The notes: generated by a model from the letters alone, not told the origin. Counted from the first letter of the stretch, positions 1-9,783 are shown. The stretch is DNA of 44,125 bases from Candidatus Anaerotruncus excrementipullorum (GCA_019114825.1 DXES01000011.1:1-44125), one strand, 5' to 3'. Made by a program: numbers and translations.

Positions 1-28
1 AAAATTCAGATAAATGAGGGCAAAATAA

Positions 29-68
29 AAAAGGTCTAACTGATCAGCAAAAATCAGTTAGACCTTTT
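29..68. terminator. Perfect 16-bp inverted repeat, probable bidirectional intrinsic terminator
   Basis: AAAAGGTCTAACTGAT-cagcaaaa-ATCAGTTAGACCTTTT with A/T runs on both sides. Confidence 0.65.
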
Positions 69-156
69 ACTTATGAATAAAAAGATGAGGATTTTCAGGC
101 TACTCGCAAGCCACCCGATTTTTTGTTTCAAACGCAATAAATCGGGATTTAACGAG

Positions 157-250
157 TGCTATCAATCTGCTATCAAATGGGGATTTGAAAAATCAAAAAG
201 TCAGTATTTTCAAGGGTTTGCGGGCCCTCATATCCACTTTTTGCTTATTC
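157..250. mobile_element. Putative att junction of an integrative element at the guaA 3' end
   Basis: AT-rich DNA starts right after the guaA stop. TGCTATCAA occurs twice (157-165, 168-176, 11-bp period), resembling integrase arm-type sites. guaA 3' ends are known integration hotspots. Confidence 0.5.
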
Positions 251-1777
251 CCACTCAATGGTTGCCGGCGGCTTGCTTGTGATATCATACACGATCCGGT
301 TGATTCCCCGCACCTCGTTGACGATCCGGCGGCTGACAAGGTCCAGCACCTCATAGGGAATCCTGGCCCAGTCGGCGGTCATAAAGTCGGTGGTGGTGAC
401 CCCCCGCAGCCCCAGCGTATAGTCATAGGTGCGCCCATCCCCCATGACTCCCACCGAATGCAGATCGGTGAGCACAGCGAAATACTGGTGGACCTGGTTG
501 GAGAGGCCGGCCTTTTGAATCTCCTCCCGGAAGATCCAATCGGCCTCCTGGAGGATGGCCACCTTCTCCGGGGTAATTTCCCCGATGATCCGCACCGCCA
601 GCCCCGGGCCGGGGAACGGCTGCCGGTTCACCAGATATTCCGGCAAACCCAGCTCCCGGCCCAGCGCCCGGGTTTCGTCCTTAAAGAGCAGCCGCAGCGG
701 CTCGATGATCTCCTTGAATTCCACATGGTCGGGCAGCCCACCCACATTGTGGTGGCTCTTGATGGTGGCCGCCTCCCCGGCGCCCGATTCGATTACATCC
801 GGGTAGATGGTTCCCTGGGCCAAAAAGTCCACCTGGCCCAGTTTTTTGGCTTCCGCCTCAAAGACACGGATAAATTCCTCGCCAATGATCTTGCGTTTGC
901 GCTCCGGATCCCGGACCCCCTGGAGCTTCTGGAGGAACTGCTGGCTGGCATCCACACGGATAAACTGCAGATCCCGGCCCCGGAAGGCTTCCTCCACCTC
1001 ATCCCCCTCATTTTTACGCATCAGGCCATGGTCCACAAAGATGCAGGTGAGCTGGCTGCCCACCGCCTGGGAGAGCAGGGCGGCAGCCACCGAGCTGTCC
1101 ACGCCGCCGGACAGCCCCAACAGTACTTTGCCGTCCCCGATCTTCTCCCGCAGGGAGGCAATGGTGCTTTCGGCATAGCCCCCCATCGTCCAATCCCCCT
1201 TGGCGCCGCACACCCGGTAGAGGAAGTTGCGCAGCATGGCCACACCGTTTTCGGTGTGGAGCACCTCCGGATGGAACTGGATGCCAAACAGCCGCCGGGA
1301 GAGGTCCTGCATGGCGGCGGTGGGGCAGGCATCGGTGTGGGCTACCGAGACAAATCCCTCCGGCAGCCGGTCAATATAGTCGGTATGGCTCATCCAGGTG
1401 ATTCCTGTAGCGGGCAGCCCCTGGAAGAGGGGGGAGGCGGTGTCAAAATGGGTCACCGTCTTGCCATATTCCCGGGAATCGGGGCTGACCACATGGCCGC
1501 CCAGCGTATAGGCCATCAGCTGCACCCCATAGCAGATCCCCAGCACCGGGATACCCAGGGAGAAGATGGCTGGATCCACCTTGGGGGAGGCGGCCTCATA
1601 GACGCTGTTGGGGCCGCCGGTAAAGATGATGCCAATGGGTTTTTTGGCGGCAATCTCCGCCAGAGGGGTTTTATGGGGCAGCACTTCGCAATAGACGGCG
1701 CACTCCCGTACCCGCCGGGCGATCAGCTGGTTATACTGCCCGCCAAAATCCAATACTAGGATGGTTTGATGGTTCAT
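245..1777 (-). CDS. guaA: GMP synthase (glutamine-hydrolysing)
   Basis: LDFGGQY, GICYG, QFHPE glutaminase motifs; SGGVDS; C-terminal KPPATIEWE. Confidence 0.99.
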   Translation of the reverse strand: MNHQTILVLDFGGQYNQLIARRVRECAVYCEVLPHKTPLAEIAAKKPIGIIFTGGPNSVYEAASPKVDPAIFSLGIPVLGICYGVQLMAYTLGGHVVSPDSREYGKTVTHFDTASPLFQGLPATGITWMSHTDYIDRLPEGFVSVAHTDACPTAAMQDLSRRLFGIQFHPEVLHTENGVAMLRNFLYRVCGAKGDWTMGGYAESTIASLREKIGDGKVLLGLSGGVDSSVAAALLSQAVGSQLTCIFVDHGLMRKNEGDEVEEAFRGRDLQFIRVDASQQFLQKLQGVRDPERKRKIIGEEFIRVFEAEAKKLGQVDFLAQGTIYPDVIESGAGEAATIKSHHNVGGLPDHVEFKEIIEPLRLLFKDETRALGRELGLPEYLVNRQPFPGPGLAVRIIGEITPEKVAILQEADWIFREEIQKAGLSNQVHQYFAVLTDLHSVGVMGDGRTYDYTLGLRGVTTTDFMTADWARIPYEVLDLVSRRIVNEVRGINRIVYDITSKPPATIEWE

Positions 1778-1916
1778 AGTTTCCAGGACTCCTTTTTCAA
1801 TGGCATGGCAAAAAATACAAGTTTATTTTGCCATATCCCCGAGCAAAATACAAGACAGAAAACTGCTGAATCCCATCCGCCATCGGCGGGAAAAATTGTC
1901 GAAAGGGGGAAGCCCC

Positions 1917-2282
1917 ATGTGGCGCAGAGGGCTCTGCCTGGCGGTTTTATTGGCGGCACTGCCCCTTTGGGGGGTACCGGCCCAGGCGGGCCAGCGGCTG
2001 GTGACCCTGCCCGGCGGCCTCCGGCGGGTCCAGGTGCAGGAACTGGACCGGCAGCTGGGGACGCCGGTGCAGTGGATGGCGGTGACCCAGCTGCCGGCGG
2101 ATACGGTGGCCTACTTGGATGGCCGTCCGTTGGCTTTGGGCCAGCGGCTGGACCGGGCGGAGGTGGACCGGCTCTACCTATTTTCCCCCCGGGAACAGCT
2201 TTGGATGGGGGTGCTGGCCGTCCCGGAGAGCGCCCCTAGGAACAGCGGGCTGCGGATCCGCTGTATAAACCCCGCCTTTTGA
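1917..2282 (+). CDS. Hypothetical exported protein (121 aa)
   Basis: SD-like GAAAGGGGG before ATG 1917; signal peptide MWRRGLCLAVLLAALPLWGVPAQA. Confidence 0.6.
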   Translation: MWRRGLCLAVLLAALPLWGVPAQAGQRLVTLPGGLRRVQVQELDRQLGTPVQWMAVTQLPADTVAYLDGRPLALGQRLDRAEVDRLYLFSPREQLWMGVLAVPESAPRNSGLRIRCINPAF

Positions 2283-2291
2283 GGCATACTG
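2263..2291 (+). promoter_or_regulatory. Forespore (SigG/SigF-type) promoter candidate
   Basis: GTATA-N17-CATACTG upstream of the DUF378 gene. Confidence 0.5.
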
Positions 2292-2324
2292 ACAGGGAAT
2301 CCTGAAAAAAGAGGAGGCTTTCCT

Positions 2325-2531
2325 ATGCTTGACCGAATCGCGCTGCTGTTGACCATCATCGGCGGCATCAACTGGGGGCTGATCGGCATCTTCCAGTTGG
2401 ACGCGGTGGCCTGGCTGTTTGGCGGCCAGGGCAGCATCTTCAGCCGGATTGTCTATACGTTGGTGGCGCTGGGCGCCGTATGGTGTGTGTCCCTGCTCTT
2501 CCGCCCAGAGGGGCGGGAGGTCCACGCCTGA
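2325..2531 (+). CDS. DUF378 family small membrane protein (YuzA-like)
   Basis: LTIIGGINWGLIGIFQLDAVAWLFGG...RIVYTLV signature; SD AGGAGG. Confidence 0.92.
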   Translation: MLDRIALLLTIIGGINWGLIGIFQLDAVAWLFGGQGSIFSRIVYTLVALGAVWCVSLLFRPEGREVHA

Positions 2532-2548
2532 CCGTTCCACAGCACAGA

Positions 2549-2590
2549 GAAAGGGCCGCCGGAGAGATCTCCTCTCCGGCGGCCCTTTTC
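2549..2590. terminator. Bidirectional intrinsic terminator between convergent genes
   Basis: AAAGGGCCGCCGGAGAG / CTCTCCGGCGGCCCTTT stem. Confidence 0.85.
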
Positions 2591-2592
2591 AG

Positions 2593-3093
2593 TCAGCCGG
2601 CCTTTTCCCGGTCCCCGCGGGCGAATGGCAGGTAACAGAACGGCAGCAGCGGGGTGAGCAAGGCGAACATCCACAGTCCCCCGGGGAAATCCGGCAGCGC
2701 CTGGTAGGCCAGGGAGGTGATGTTCACCTGGGCGGTCAGCGGCAGATAGAGCAGCTGGCTTAGGGAAACCAGGAGGAACAGCCCCGGTGCCCGCTGCCCC
2801 AGCTGCTCCAAAGCCAGCACCAAATAGCTATAGGCCACCGCGATCCCGGCGGAGCACAGTGCCTGGCGGCGGGTGAGGGGCCGCACCAGTTTCCACCCGG
2901 TGGCCACAAAGCAGGCGAGGGCCGCCAGCCCGGCGGCCAGCATCGGCAGGCGGACAACCTCGGTGGTGATCACGGCGCCCACCTCCTGGAGCTTTTGCAC
3001 CGACAGGTAGATGCCGGCGCTCTGCACCAGCAGCGCCGCAAACCCGGTGAGCGCCACCGCCAGGGGCACCCGCCACGGGGAATGGTTCCGCAT
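2593..3093 (-). CDS. Hypothetical integral membrane protein
   Basis: SD AGGAGGT 7 nt before ATG 3093; about 4 hydrophobic segments. Confidence 0.7.
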   Translation of the reverse strand: MRNHSPWRVPLAVALTGFAALLVQSAGIYLSVQKLQEVGAVITTEVVRLPMLAAGLAALACFVATGWKLVRPLTRRQALCSAGIAVAYSYLVLALEQLGQRAPGLFLLVSLSQLLYLPLTAQVNITSLAYQALPDFPGGLWMFALLTPLLPFCYLPFARGDREKAG

Positions 3094-3107
3094 CCTTGGC
3101 ACCTCCT

Positions 3108-3147
3108 AAAAAAGCCCAGCCCCAGGGGCAATGCTCCGGGGCTGGGC
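3108..3147 (-). terminator. Intrinsic terminator after the sortase gene
   Basis: GCCCAGCCCC/GGGGCTGGGC stem followed by a T-run on the minus strand. Confidence 0.7.
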
Positions 3148-3159
3148 GGGGAATGGCGG

Positions 3160-4059
3160 TCAGTTCAGGCCGTTATTGGGCTTCTTGGGGCTGGGGTTGG
3201 CGGTGATCTCCACCGTATCGGGGGTCGCCTCGCCCGGGCGCACCAGCCGCGCCACCACCAGGAACTTAGTGGCCTCGTCGATGGTGGGGTTGGAGTAGCC
3301 GGTGGGGTAGGTGCAGGTGGACAGCAGCAGGATCTTGTCGCTGGTGTTCACATCCACATCGTACTCATACTGGTTGCGGGCATCCAGCTCGTCCAGCAGC
3401 GCCTGGTAGTCCTCGGTCTTCATCTCGGGGTAGTTGTAGGCCAGCTTGGTGTCCACATAGCCCACGAAGAAGATCTTCCAGGTCATGTCGTCCTCGGGGG
3501 TGGAGAAGTAGAGGTAGGGGTGGTTTTTGGCAAAGTCGATGTCCAGGAACTTCTTCAGCTGGGAGAACTTGAGCCCGTCCGGGTTGTCGTCCATGCTGTG
3601 GCCGTAGATGATGGTATTCTGGGAGATGGAGTTGCGGTCGCCAAACACGCACTCATAGTCCGCCCAGTAGCAGCCATACCAGTCATAACCGCCCGAGAGG
3701 TTCCGGCGCTCATAATAGAGGTTGTCGGTGGGGTGGTAGAGGATGGGGTCGTCCACGTTGGTATCCGGGATGCTCAGCCAGCCGATTACATCGTTGTTGA
3801 CGTTATAGGCGTCGTTGATCTTGGTGAGCAGGTCCTCGCTGGGGGTGACCGGTTCGGAGATGGCGGACAGGTCCACATCCCCCAACGGGTTCACAAACTC
3901 CGGTACGCTGGACTGGGAGGAGGTGGAGGGCTCGGAGGAGGCAGAGGGTTCCGACGTGGAGCTCTCCGACCCCCGCTCGCCGCAGGCTGCGAAGGACAGG
4001 GTCATCGCCAGCGCCAAGAGCAGCGCGGCCGCACGGGTGGCAAATTTCGACTGTTTCAT
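3160..4059 (-). CDS. srtB: Class B sortase with lipoprotein-type N-terminus
   Basis: DVIGWLSIPDT, NTIIYGHSM, F.QLKKF, LLLSTCT catalytic motif; signal peptide ending SFAAC and a Ser-rich linker. Confidence 0.85.
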   Translation of the reverse strand: MKQSKFATRAAALLLALAMTLSFAACGERGSESSTSEPSASSEPSTSSQSSVPEFVNPLGDVDLSAISEPVTPSEDLLTKINDAYNVNNDVIGWLSIPDTNVDDPILYHPTDNLYYERRNLSGGYDWYGCYWADYECVFGDRNSISQNTIIYGHSMDDNPDGLKFSQLKKFLDIDFAKNHPYLYFSTPEDDMTWKIFFVGYVDTKLAYNYPEMKTEDYQALLDELDARNQYEYDVDVNTSDKILLLSTCTYPTGYSNPTIDEATKFLVVARLVRPGEATPDTVEITANPSPKKPNNGLN

Positions 4060-4076
4060 ATGCAGGCTCCTTTAAT

Positions 4077-5906
4077 TTAGTCTCTATCTTTGCTCGTCCG
4101 GTCCGCCTTGGGGCCGTTTCCGGACGAAAATGCAACCAAATCACACTGGGAACGGGTCTGGTTTCTCACCGTGCCCGCCGCGGCGTCCAAATACACCATG
4201 GTGGAGGACTTGAGGATCTTGGTGGCATTCTCGGCGAACACCACCACCGGGATATCTAGCGTCATCCCCACAATGGCGGCGTGGGAGTTCATCCCACCCT
4301 TTTCGGTGACGATGCCGGAGGCCTTTTTCAGGATGGGCAATAGGGTGTTGGAGGTCTCGGGCACTACCAGGATGTCCCCATCCTGAAAGTTGCGCAGCGC
4401 CTCCTCCTCGTCGTGGGCCACGCACACCCGCCCGAACGAGTGCAGCTTATTGACCCCCTGGCCGCTCACCAGGATATCCCCCACCACATGGACCTTCAGC
4501 AGGTTGGTGGTGCCGTTGACCCCCAGCGGGACCCCGGCGGTGATCACCACCACGTCCCCGTCCTCCACATAGCCGGCGGCTTTGGCCACCTCCACCGCGT
4601 GGGCGAACAGGCTGTCGGTGTTCTCCTGCACCTGGCACAGCAGCGGCGTCACCCCCCAGGAGAGGTTCAGCTGTTGGTAGGTGGAGGGCTTGTGGGTACA
4701 GGCGATAATCGGGATATCCGGCCGGAATTTGGAGAGCATCCGGGCGGTGGTCCCCGACCAGGTGACGGTGAGGATCGCCTTGGCCCCCAAATCGTAGGCG
4801 GTGGTACAGGTGGCGTGGGCGATGGCGTTGGTCACATCGGGGGCGCGGCCGGATACGGGATCCGCCCCCCGGTGGAAAAACTGGCTGCGGTAGTCGATAT
4901 CCCGCTCGGTGCGCTCGGCAATGCGGGCCATGGTGCGCACCGCCTCCACCGGATAGCTGCCGGCGGCGGTCTCCCCCGAAAGCATGATGGCGCTGGTGCC
5001 GTCGTAGATGGCGTTGGCCACATCGGCGGTCTCCGCCCGGGTGGGGCGGGGGTTTTGGATCATGCTCTCCAGCATCTGGGTGGCGGTGATCACCATTTTC
5101 CCGGCGGCGTAGCACTTTTTGATGAGGATCTTCTGCTGGATGGGGACCTCCTCGAAGGGGATCTCCACCCCCATGTCCCCCCGGGCGACCATGATGCCGT
5201 CCGAGACCCGCAGGATCTCATCGGCATTGGACACCCCCTCGGCGTTTTCAATCTTGGCGATGATCCGGATGGTCTGGTTGCCCTGGCGCTCCAGCAGCTG
5301 GCGGATCTCCAGGATGTCCTGGGCCCGCCGGGCGAAGGAGGCGGCGATGAAGTCGAACCCCATCTTGGCGCCGAACAGGATGTCCGACCGGTCCTTTTCA
5401 CTGATATAGGGCATCGAGAGCCGCACCCCGGGGACGTTGACCCCCTTGCGGTCGGAGATATACCCCCCGTTTTGCACCACGCAGTCGATGGCGGTGGGGG
5501 AGACCGACTCCACCCGCAGGGCGATGGCGCCGTCGTTGAGCAGGATGGTGTCCCCTGCCTTCACATCCTCCACCAGCCCCGGGAAGGTGATGGAGGCGTG
5601 GCTGGCGTCCCCCTGGCACTCCTCGGTCACCAGCGTAAAGCGGCTGCCCGCCTCCAGCTGGGCCCCGCCGCCCTGGAACAGCCCCAGGCGGATCTCCGGC
5701 CCCTTGGTATCCAATAGGCTGGCCACCGGCACCTTCAGATCCTCCCGCAAGCGGGAGAGGGTCTGGAAAGCCTCCAGATGGCTCTCCTGGGTGCCATGGG
5801 AAAAGTTGAACCGGGCCACGTCCATCCCCGCCAGGATCATGCTGCGCATGACCCCCTCGGAGACGGAGGCCGGCCCCAGCGTGCAGACAATCTTCGTTTT
5901 TCTCAT
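4077..5906 (-). CDS. pyk: Pyruvate kinase with C-terminal PEP-utiliser mobile domain
   Basis: RKTKIVCTLGP, RFNFSHG, MVARGDMGVE, MLSGETA; C-terminal GGMNSHAAIVG. Confidence 0.98.
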   Translation of the reverse strand: MRKTKIVCTLGPASVSEGVMRSMILAGMDVARFNFSHGTQESHLEAFQTLSRLREDLKVPVASLLDTKGPEIRLGLFQGGGAQLEAGSRFTLVTEECQGDASHASITFPGLVEDVKAGDTILLNDGAIALRVESVSPTAIDCVVQNGGYISDRKGVNVPGVRLSMPYISEKDRSDILFGAKMGFDFIAASFARRAQDILEIRQLLERQGNQTIRIIAKIENAEGVSNADEILRVSDGIMVARGDMGVEIPFEEVPIQQKILIKKCYAAGKMVITATQMLESMIQNPRPTRAETADVANAIYDGTSAIMLSGETAAGSYPVEAVRTMARIAERTERDIDYRSQFFHRGADPVSGRAPDVTNAIAHATCTTAYDLGAKAILTVTWSGTTARMLSKFRPDIPIIACTHKPSTYQQLNLSWGVTPLLCQVQENTDSLFAHAVEVAKAAGYVEDGDVVVITAGVPLGVNGTTNLLKVHVVGDILVSGQGVNKLHSFGRVCVAHDEEEALRNFQDGDILVVPETSNTLLPILKKASGIVTEKGGMNSHAAIVGMTLDIPVVVFAENATKILKSSTMVYLDAAAGTVRNQTRSQCDLVAFSSGNGPKADRTSKDRD

Positions 5907-5987
5907 AGGAATCGTATCACCTCAGAACCCCCGTCCGGGCCAAATCCGCCCGGACCTTACAACGGCGTAAACAACTTACCACCGTAA

Positions 5988-6017
5988 AGTATACCCCATC
6001 ACCGCCCCGCCTGTCAA
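5988..6017 (-). promoter_or_regulatory. Sigma-A promoter for pyk
   Basis: TTGACA-N18-TATACT on the minus strand. Confidence 0.7.
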
Positions 6018-6078
6018 TCGACTGAGAAAATTCTCCTGCCCGGCCGGGCAAAATCTTCCGGATGCGGCAAAAGCCCCC

Positions 6079-6107
6079 TTGCATCTTTTTGGGGGGTGTG
6101 TTATACT
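6079..6107 (+). promoter_or_regulatory. Sigma-A promoter for the GntR-ABC operon
   Basis: TTGCAT-N17-TATACT with extended -10 TG. Confidence 0.7.
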
Positions 6108-6112
6108 CTAAC

Positions 6113-6133
6113 TGTACTAACCGAACTAATACA
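6113..6133 (+). promoter_or_regulatory. YtrA-type GntR operator
   Basis: TGTA-N13-TACA (TGTACTAACCGAACTAATACA) just downstream of the -10, matching the YtrA operator form. Confidence 0.75.
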
Positions 6134-6168
6134 AATAAAACGATTTTCCCAAGAGAAGAGGTGAACCT

Positions 6169-6540
6169 GTGCTCACGTTAGATCTCCAAAGCCGCCGTCC
6201 CATCTATGAGCAGCTGATCCATGGGCTTTTGGAGCTGGTCTCTCTGGGGGTGCTGGCCCCGGATACCCAGCTGCCCTCGGTGCGCAGCATGGCGCGGGAC
6301 CTGGGCATCAACCCCAACACGGTCCAAAAGGCCTACCAGGAGCTGGAGAGGAGCGGCATTGTCTATTCAGTGGCGGGAAAAGGCAGTTTTATTGCACCAA
6401 ACCAGAACGCCAACAAAGTTTTGCTGTGCCAATCGGTGGAAAAAATCCAAAACGCGGTGCGGGAGGGCCGCCGGGCCGGCATGGACCGGGCCCAGGTGGA
6501 GGCCGCAGTGGAGCAGGTCTTTCAGGAGGAGATCCAATGA
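6169..6540 (+). CDS. GntR family regulator, YtrA subfamily
   Basis: PIYEQL, LPSVRSMARDLGINPNTVQKAYQELE, GKGSFI; short C-terminus. Confidence 0.95.
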   Translation: MLTLDLQSRRPIYEQLIHGLLELVSLGVLAPDTQLPSVRSMARDLGINPNTVQKAYQELERSGIVYSVAGKGSFIAPNQNANKVLLCQSVEKIQNAVREGRRAGMDRAQVEAAVEQVFQEEIQ

Positions 6541-7436
6541 TTCAAGCGGAGAAGCTGGTAAAATGTTTCGGGGATTTCACCGCCCTTTCGGAGCTCACCG
6601 CCCAGATCCCCCAGGGGTCGATCTACGGCCTGGTGGGTTCCAATGGGTCGGGCAAATCCACCTTTTTGCGCCTGTGCGCCGGCGTCTATATGCCGGATGG
6701 GGGCAGCCTGCAGGTGTTTGGGGAGCCGGTGTATGAGAACGTCCCCCTCAAAAGCCGCATCTTTTTTGTGGCGGATGACCTTTACTTCCTCCCCCAGAGC
6801 AACCTGGAGGAGATTGCCGCCTTTTACCGGGGGATCTACCCCAGTTTTTCCCAGGAGAAGTACCAAAAGCTGTGTACCGTCTTCCCCCTGGACCCCCGCA
6901 AAAAGCTGAACACCTTCTCCAAGGGGATGAAACGCCAGGCGGCGCTGCTGCTGGGACTGGCCTGCCAGCCGGAGCTGCTGCTGTTGGACGAGGCGTTTGA
7001 CGGCCTGGACCCGGTGATCCGGGGGGCGGTGAAAAAGCTGCTCAGCGATGAGATCGCCGGCCGGGGGATGACCGTGCTGATCACCAGCCACAACCTGCGG
7101 GAGCTGGAGGACCTGTGCGACCATGTGGGGCTGCTGCACCAGGGGCACATCCTGTTTGAAAAGGAGATCGACGAGCTGAAGCTGGGGTTCTGCAAGGTCC
7201 ATGCGGCCTTCCCCGGCGGCTTCGACCCCCAGATGCTCCAGCCCCTGGGGGTGCTGCAGCTGGGCCAGGTGGGCAGCCTTTTGAACCTGGTGGTGCGGGG
7301 CTCCTCCGACCAGGTGTCCGCCTACCTGCGGGAGCAGGGGGCGGTGTTTGCCGAGGGGGTCCCCCTGACGTTGGAAGAAGTATTCATCCATGAAATGGAG
7401 GCGGTGGGCTATGATTACAACAACATCCTCTTCTGA
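6537..7436 (+). CDS. ABC transporter ATP-binding protein (YtrB-like)
   Basis: Walker A GSNGSGKST, FSKGMK signature, LLLLDEAFDGLD; ATGA overlap with the gntR stop. Confidence 0.95.
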   Translation: MIQAEKLVKCFGDFTALSELTAQIPQGSIYGLVGSNGSGKSTFLRLCAGVYMPDGGSLQVFGEPVYENVPLKSRIFFVADDLYFLPQSNLEEIAAFYRGIYPSFSQEKYQKLCTVFPLDPRKKLNTFSKGMKRQAALLLGLACQPELLLLDEAFDGLDPVIRGAVKKLLSDEIAGRGMTVLITSHNLRELEDLCDHVGLLHQGHILFEKEIDELKLGFCKVHAAFPGGFDPQMLQPLGVLQLGQVGSLLNLVVRGSSDQVSAYLREQGAVFAEGVPLTLEEVFIHEMEAVGYDYNNILF

Positions 7437-9768
7437 GTGCGGCCGCTTCTGGGGCCTCTACCGCAGCACCCTGCGGCGCAACCGGGGGTATTTTTCCCTG
7501 CTCTGTGCCCTGATGGCGTTCTTCTATCCGGTGCAGTACCTGTTGGAGGTGGCCGCGCCCCCCTCCCGGACCACCGCGCTTTTCAGCGACCCCATGGACT
7601 ACTACACCCTGCTGGGCCTGGGCAAAAATTACACCTTCCTGTCGGCGGTGTTCTTCACCGGCCTGATGCTGGCCGCCCCGCTGATTTTGGGGCTGCTGCT
7701 CCACGGCTACATGCACTCCCGCAAGGCGGTGGACGTCTACCACGCCCTGCCGGTGAGCCGGGGGTGGCTTTTGGGGGTGAACGCCGCCGCAGCCATGACC
7801 ATGATCGCCATCCCGGTGGTGGCCTCCGATCTGGTCATCTCGGTGGCCCAAGTCTTTCAATTTGGCTTTGACGCCCAGCGGCTGGGCTGGCTCTGGCTGG
7901 ACTGCCTGGGTTGGCTGATCTGCGCCTTCGCCGTCTATGCGGTCACCACCTTTGTCTCGGTCTGCGTGGGCACCGTATTCGATACCCTTGTGTTCTCCGG
8001 GGTGCTGCTGCTCTCCATGCCGGTGCTGCTGGGGCTCTACCTGCTGCTGGGGAACACCTTCCTCTATGGCTGGATCACCTCGGAGTCGGTCTCCTACACC
8101 GCCCTGATGCTCTCCCCGGTGACGCTGATGCCCTCCCGGTTCCGGTTCAGCGCCTCCGACCTGGCGGACCCGGCCGACCAGCTGGCCCGCCAGCTGCTGG
8201 GCCGCAGCAACCTGGCGGTTTTGGCCTGGCTGGTGCTGGGGCTTCTGATCTTCTGGGTGGCGGTGCGCATCTACCGGGTGCGCCGGTCGGAGCTGGCGGA
8301 GGCCACCACCTCCCGGGGGGTGCTGCAGGTGCTGGTGAAGCTGGTGGGGGTGCTGGTCTGCGGCACTGCCCTGGGGCTGCTGTTCTTTGCCCTCCAGAAC
8401 GGCGAGCAGAGGGAATCGGTCTTCTTTTTCTGGGCGGCGGTGACCGGCCTGCTCACCTACTGCATCATTGAGGTGATCCTCAACCGGGGGTTCCGCACCC
8501 TCGTCCGCAGCCTGCCCCTGGGCGCCTGCATGGTGGCGGTGCTGCTGGCCTGCCCGGCGGCCATGGCCACCGGCGGCCTGGGCTATGAGCAGCGGGTGCC
8601 CGACCTGGACCGGGTGGTCTCGGTGGAGGTGAGCTACACCGGCCGGTACGGCGGTTTTTCCCCCGACCCGGTCCAGCTGGAGGAGATGCCCCTGGTGGCC
8701 CAGGAGAACGGCCAGGAGCCCGACTTGGACACCATCAACCAGAGCCGGATTACCCGGCGGTTCACCAACGCTATCTTCACCCAGCCGGAGAACATCCAGA
8801 CCCTGCTGGACTTCCACCGGACAGCCGCCCAGGAGCAGTTCGGCCGGCAGCCCGGCGAGGAGGACGGCGTTTTCCTGAACTACCAGGTCACCTACCACCT
8901 GGAAAACGGCGGCCACATCACCCGCCGCTATGACCGCTTCTCCACCGAGAACGCCCTGATGCTGGCCCCCTTGGAGGCCAGCGGGGAGCTGCTGGCCCAG
9001 CGCCACCCTGCCTTCTTTGACAAGGGGGAGGACATTGTCCACTGGAGCTTCCAAAACCTTTACGGGGACCGGGAGGAGCGCAGCTTTACCGACGCCCAGT
9101 CCCAGGAGTGGCTGGACGCCATCCGGGCGGACCTGGAGGCCACACCGGTGGCGGAGCTGCTGCAGCCCCAGGGAAGGCTGCTGGCCATTGTGGAGTTCAG
9201 CGCCGACTATCCCCCGCAGTCCCGGGAGCGGTTCGCCCGCTCCGGCTGGTTCCAGGTCACCGAATCCACCCCCCGCACCCGCGCCCTCTTGGAGGAATAC
9301 GGCCTTTTGGAGGCGCTGGAGCCCGATTGGTCCGCCTGCCAGGGCGTGGTGGCCACCGTGGGCAACAGCACCTCCTGGCGGGATGGCAACACCAGCATCC
9401 TGGCGGAGATGTCCCCCGCCGAATACGGCTACGGCACCGACTATGAGGAGGTCCGCCAAGGCATCCTGGAGGACCGGGAGTACCGGGAACAGAACCCGGA
9501 GCCCTACCTGCTCACCACCGCCCAGGGGGACCCGCTGGAACTACTGGGCGACGAGCGCATCAGCTGGGACAACACCCTCATTGAGGACCCGGCCCAGATC
9601 CAGCTGTTGGCCAGCCTGGTGGTGCCCTGCTGGCAGGTGGGGGAGCCGGTGGCCGAGCTGCAGTTCTATTTCGACCAAGGTTCGGCCCCCCGGGTGCTGC
9701 TGGTGCCCCTGGAGCGGATCCCCCAGCAGCTGCGCAGCCAGTTCTACTACTACCAGTTCACCGAATGA
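7411..9768 (+). CDS. ABC transporter permease (YtrC-like) with large C-terminal soluble domain
   Basis: About 10 TM segments, DVYHALPVSR motif, long hydrophilic tail; follows the ATPase. Confidence 0.85.
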   Translation: MITTTSSSECGRFWGLYRSTLRRNRGYFSLLCALMAFFYPVQYLLEVAAPPSRTTALFSDPMDYYTLLGLGKNYTFLSAVFFTGLMLAAPLILGLLLHGYMHSRKAVDVYHALPVSRGWLLGVNAAAAMTMIAIPVVASDLVISVAQVFQFGFDAQRLGWLWLDCLGWLICAFAVYAVTTFVSVCVGTVFDTLVFSGVLLLSMPVLLGLYLLLGNTFLYGWITSESVSYTALMLSPVTLMPSRFRFSASDLADPADQLARQLLGRSNLAVLAWLVLGLLIFWVAVRIYRVRRSELAEATTSRGVLQVLVKLVGVLVCGTALGLLFFALQNGEQRESVFFFWAAVTGLLTYCIIEVILNRGFRTLVRSLPLGACMVAVLLACPAAMATGGLGYEQRVPDLDRVVSVEVSYTGRYGGFSPDPVQLEEMPLVAQENGQEPDLDTINQSRITRRFTNAIFTQPENIQTLLDFHRTAAQEQFGRQPGEEDGVFLNYQVTYHLENGGHITRRYDRFSTENALMLAPLEASGELLAQRHPAFFDKGEDIVHWSFQNLYGDREERSFTDAQSQEWLDAIRADLEATPVAELLQPQGRLLAIVEFSADYPPQSRERFARSGWFQVTESTPRTRALLEEYGLLEALEPDWSACQGVVATVGNSTSWRDGNTSILAEMSPAEYGYGTDYEEVRQGILEDREYREQNPEPYLLTTAQGDPLELLGDERISWDNTLIEDPAQIQLLASLVVPCWQVGEPVAELQFYFDQGSAPRVLLVPLERIPQQLRSQFYYYQFTE

Positions 9769-9783
9769 ACCGGCGGATAGCCG

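Noticed and set aside
33-64. AGTTAGAC/GTCTAACT shared between the left hairpin and the right-edge IS-like repeat, suggesting one large composite element
   Set aside because: The match is only 8 bp, the left copy lacks the rest of the IS end, and the enclosed DNA is core chromosome.
185-1759. Long antisense and alternate-frame ORFs (also 4413-5717, 7384-9459, 23956-26040, 30529-32517, 40100-41521)
   Set aside because: They shadow well-identified genes. High GC3 removes stop codons on the opposite strand, and the translations show no motifs.
1778-1916. Purine riboswitch upstream of guaA
   Set aside because: The leader is short and shows no recognisable purine aptamer core or attenuator.
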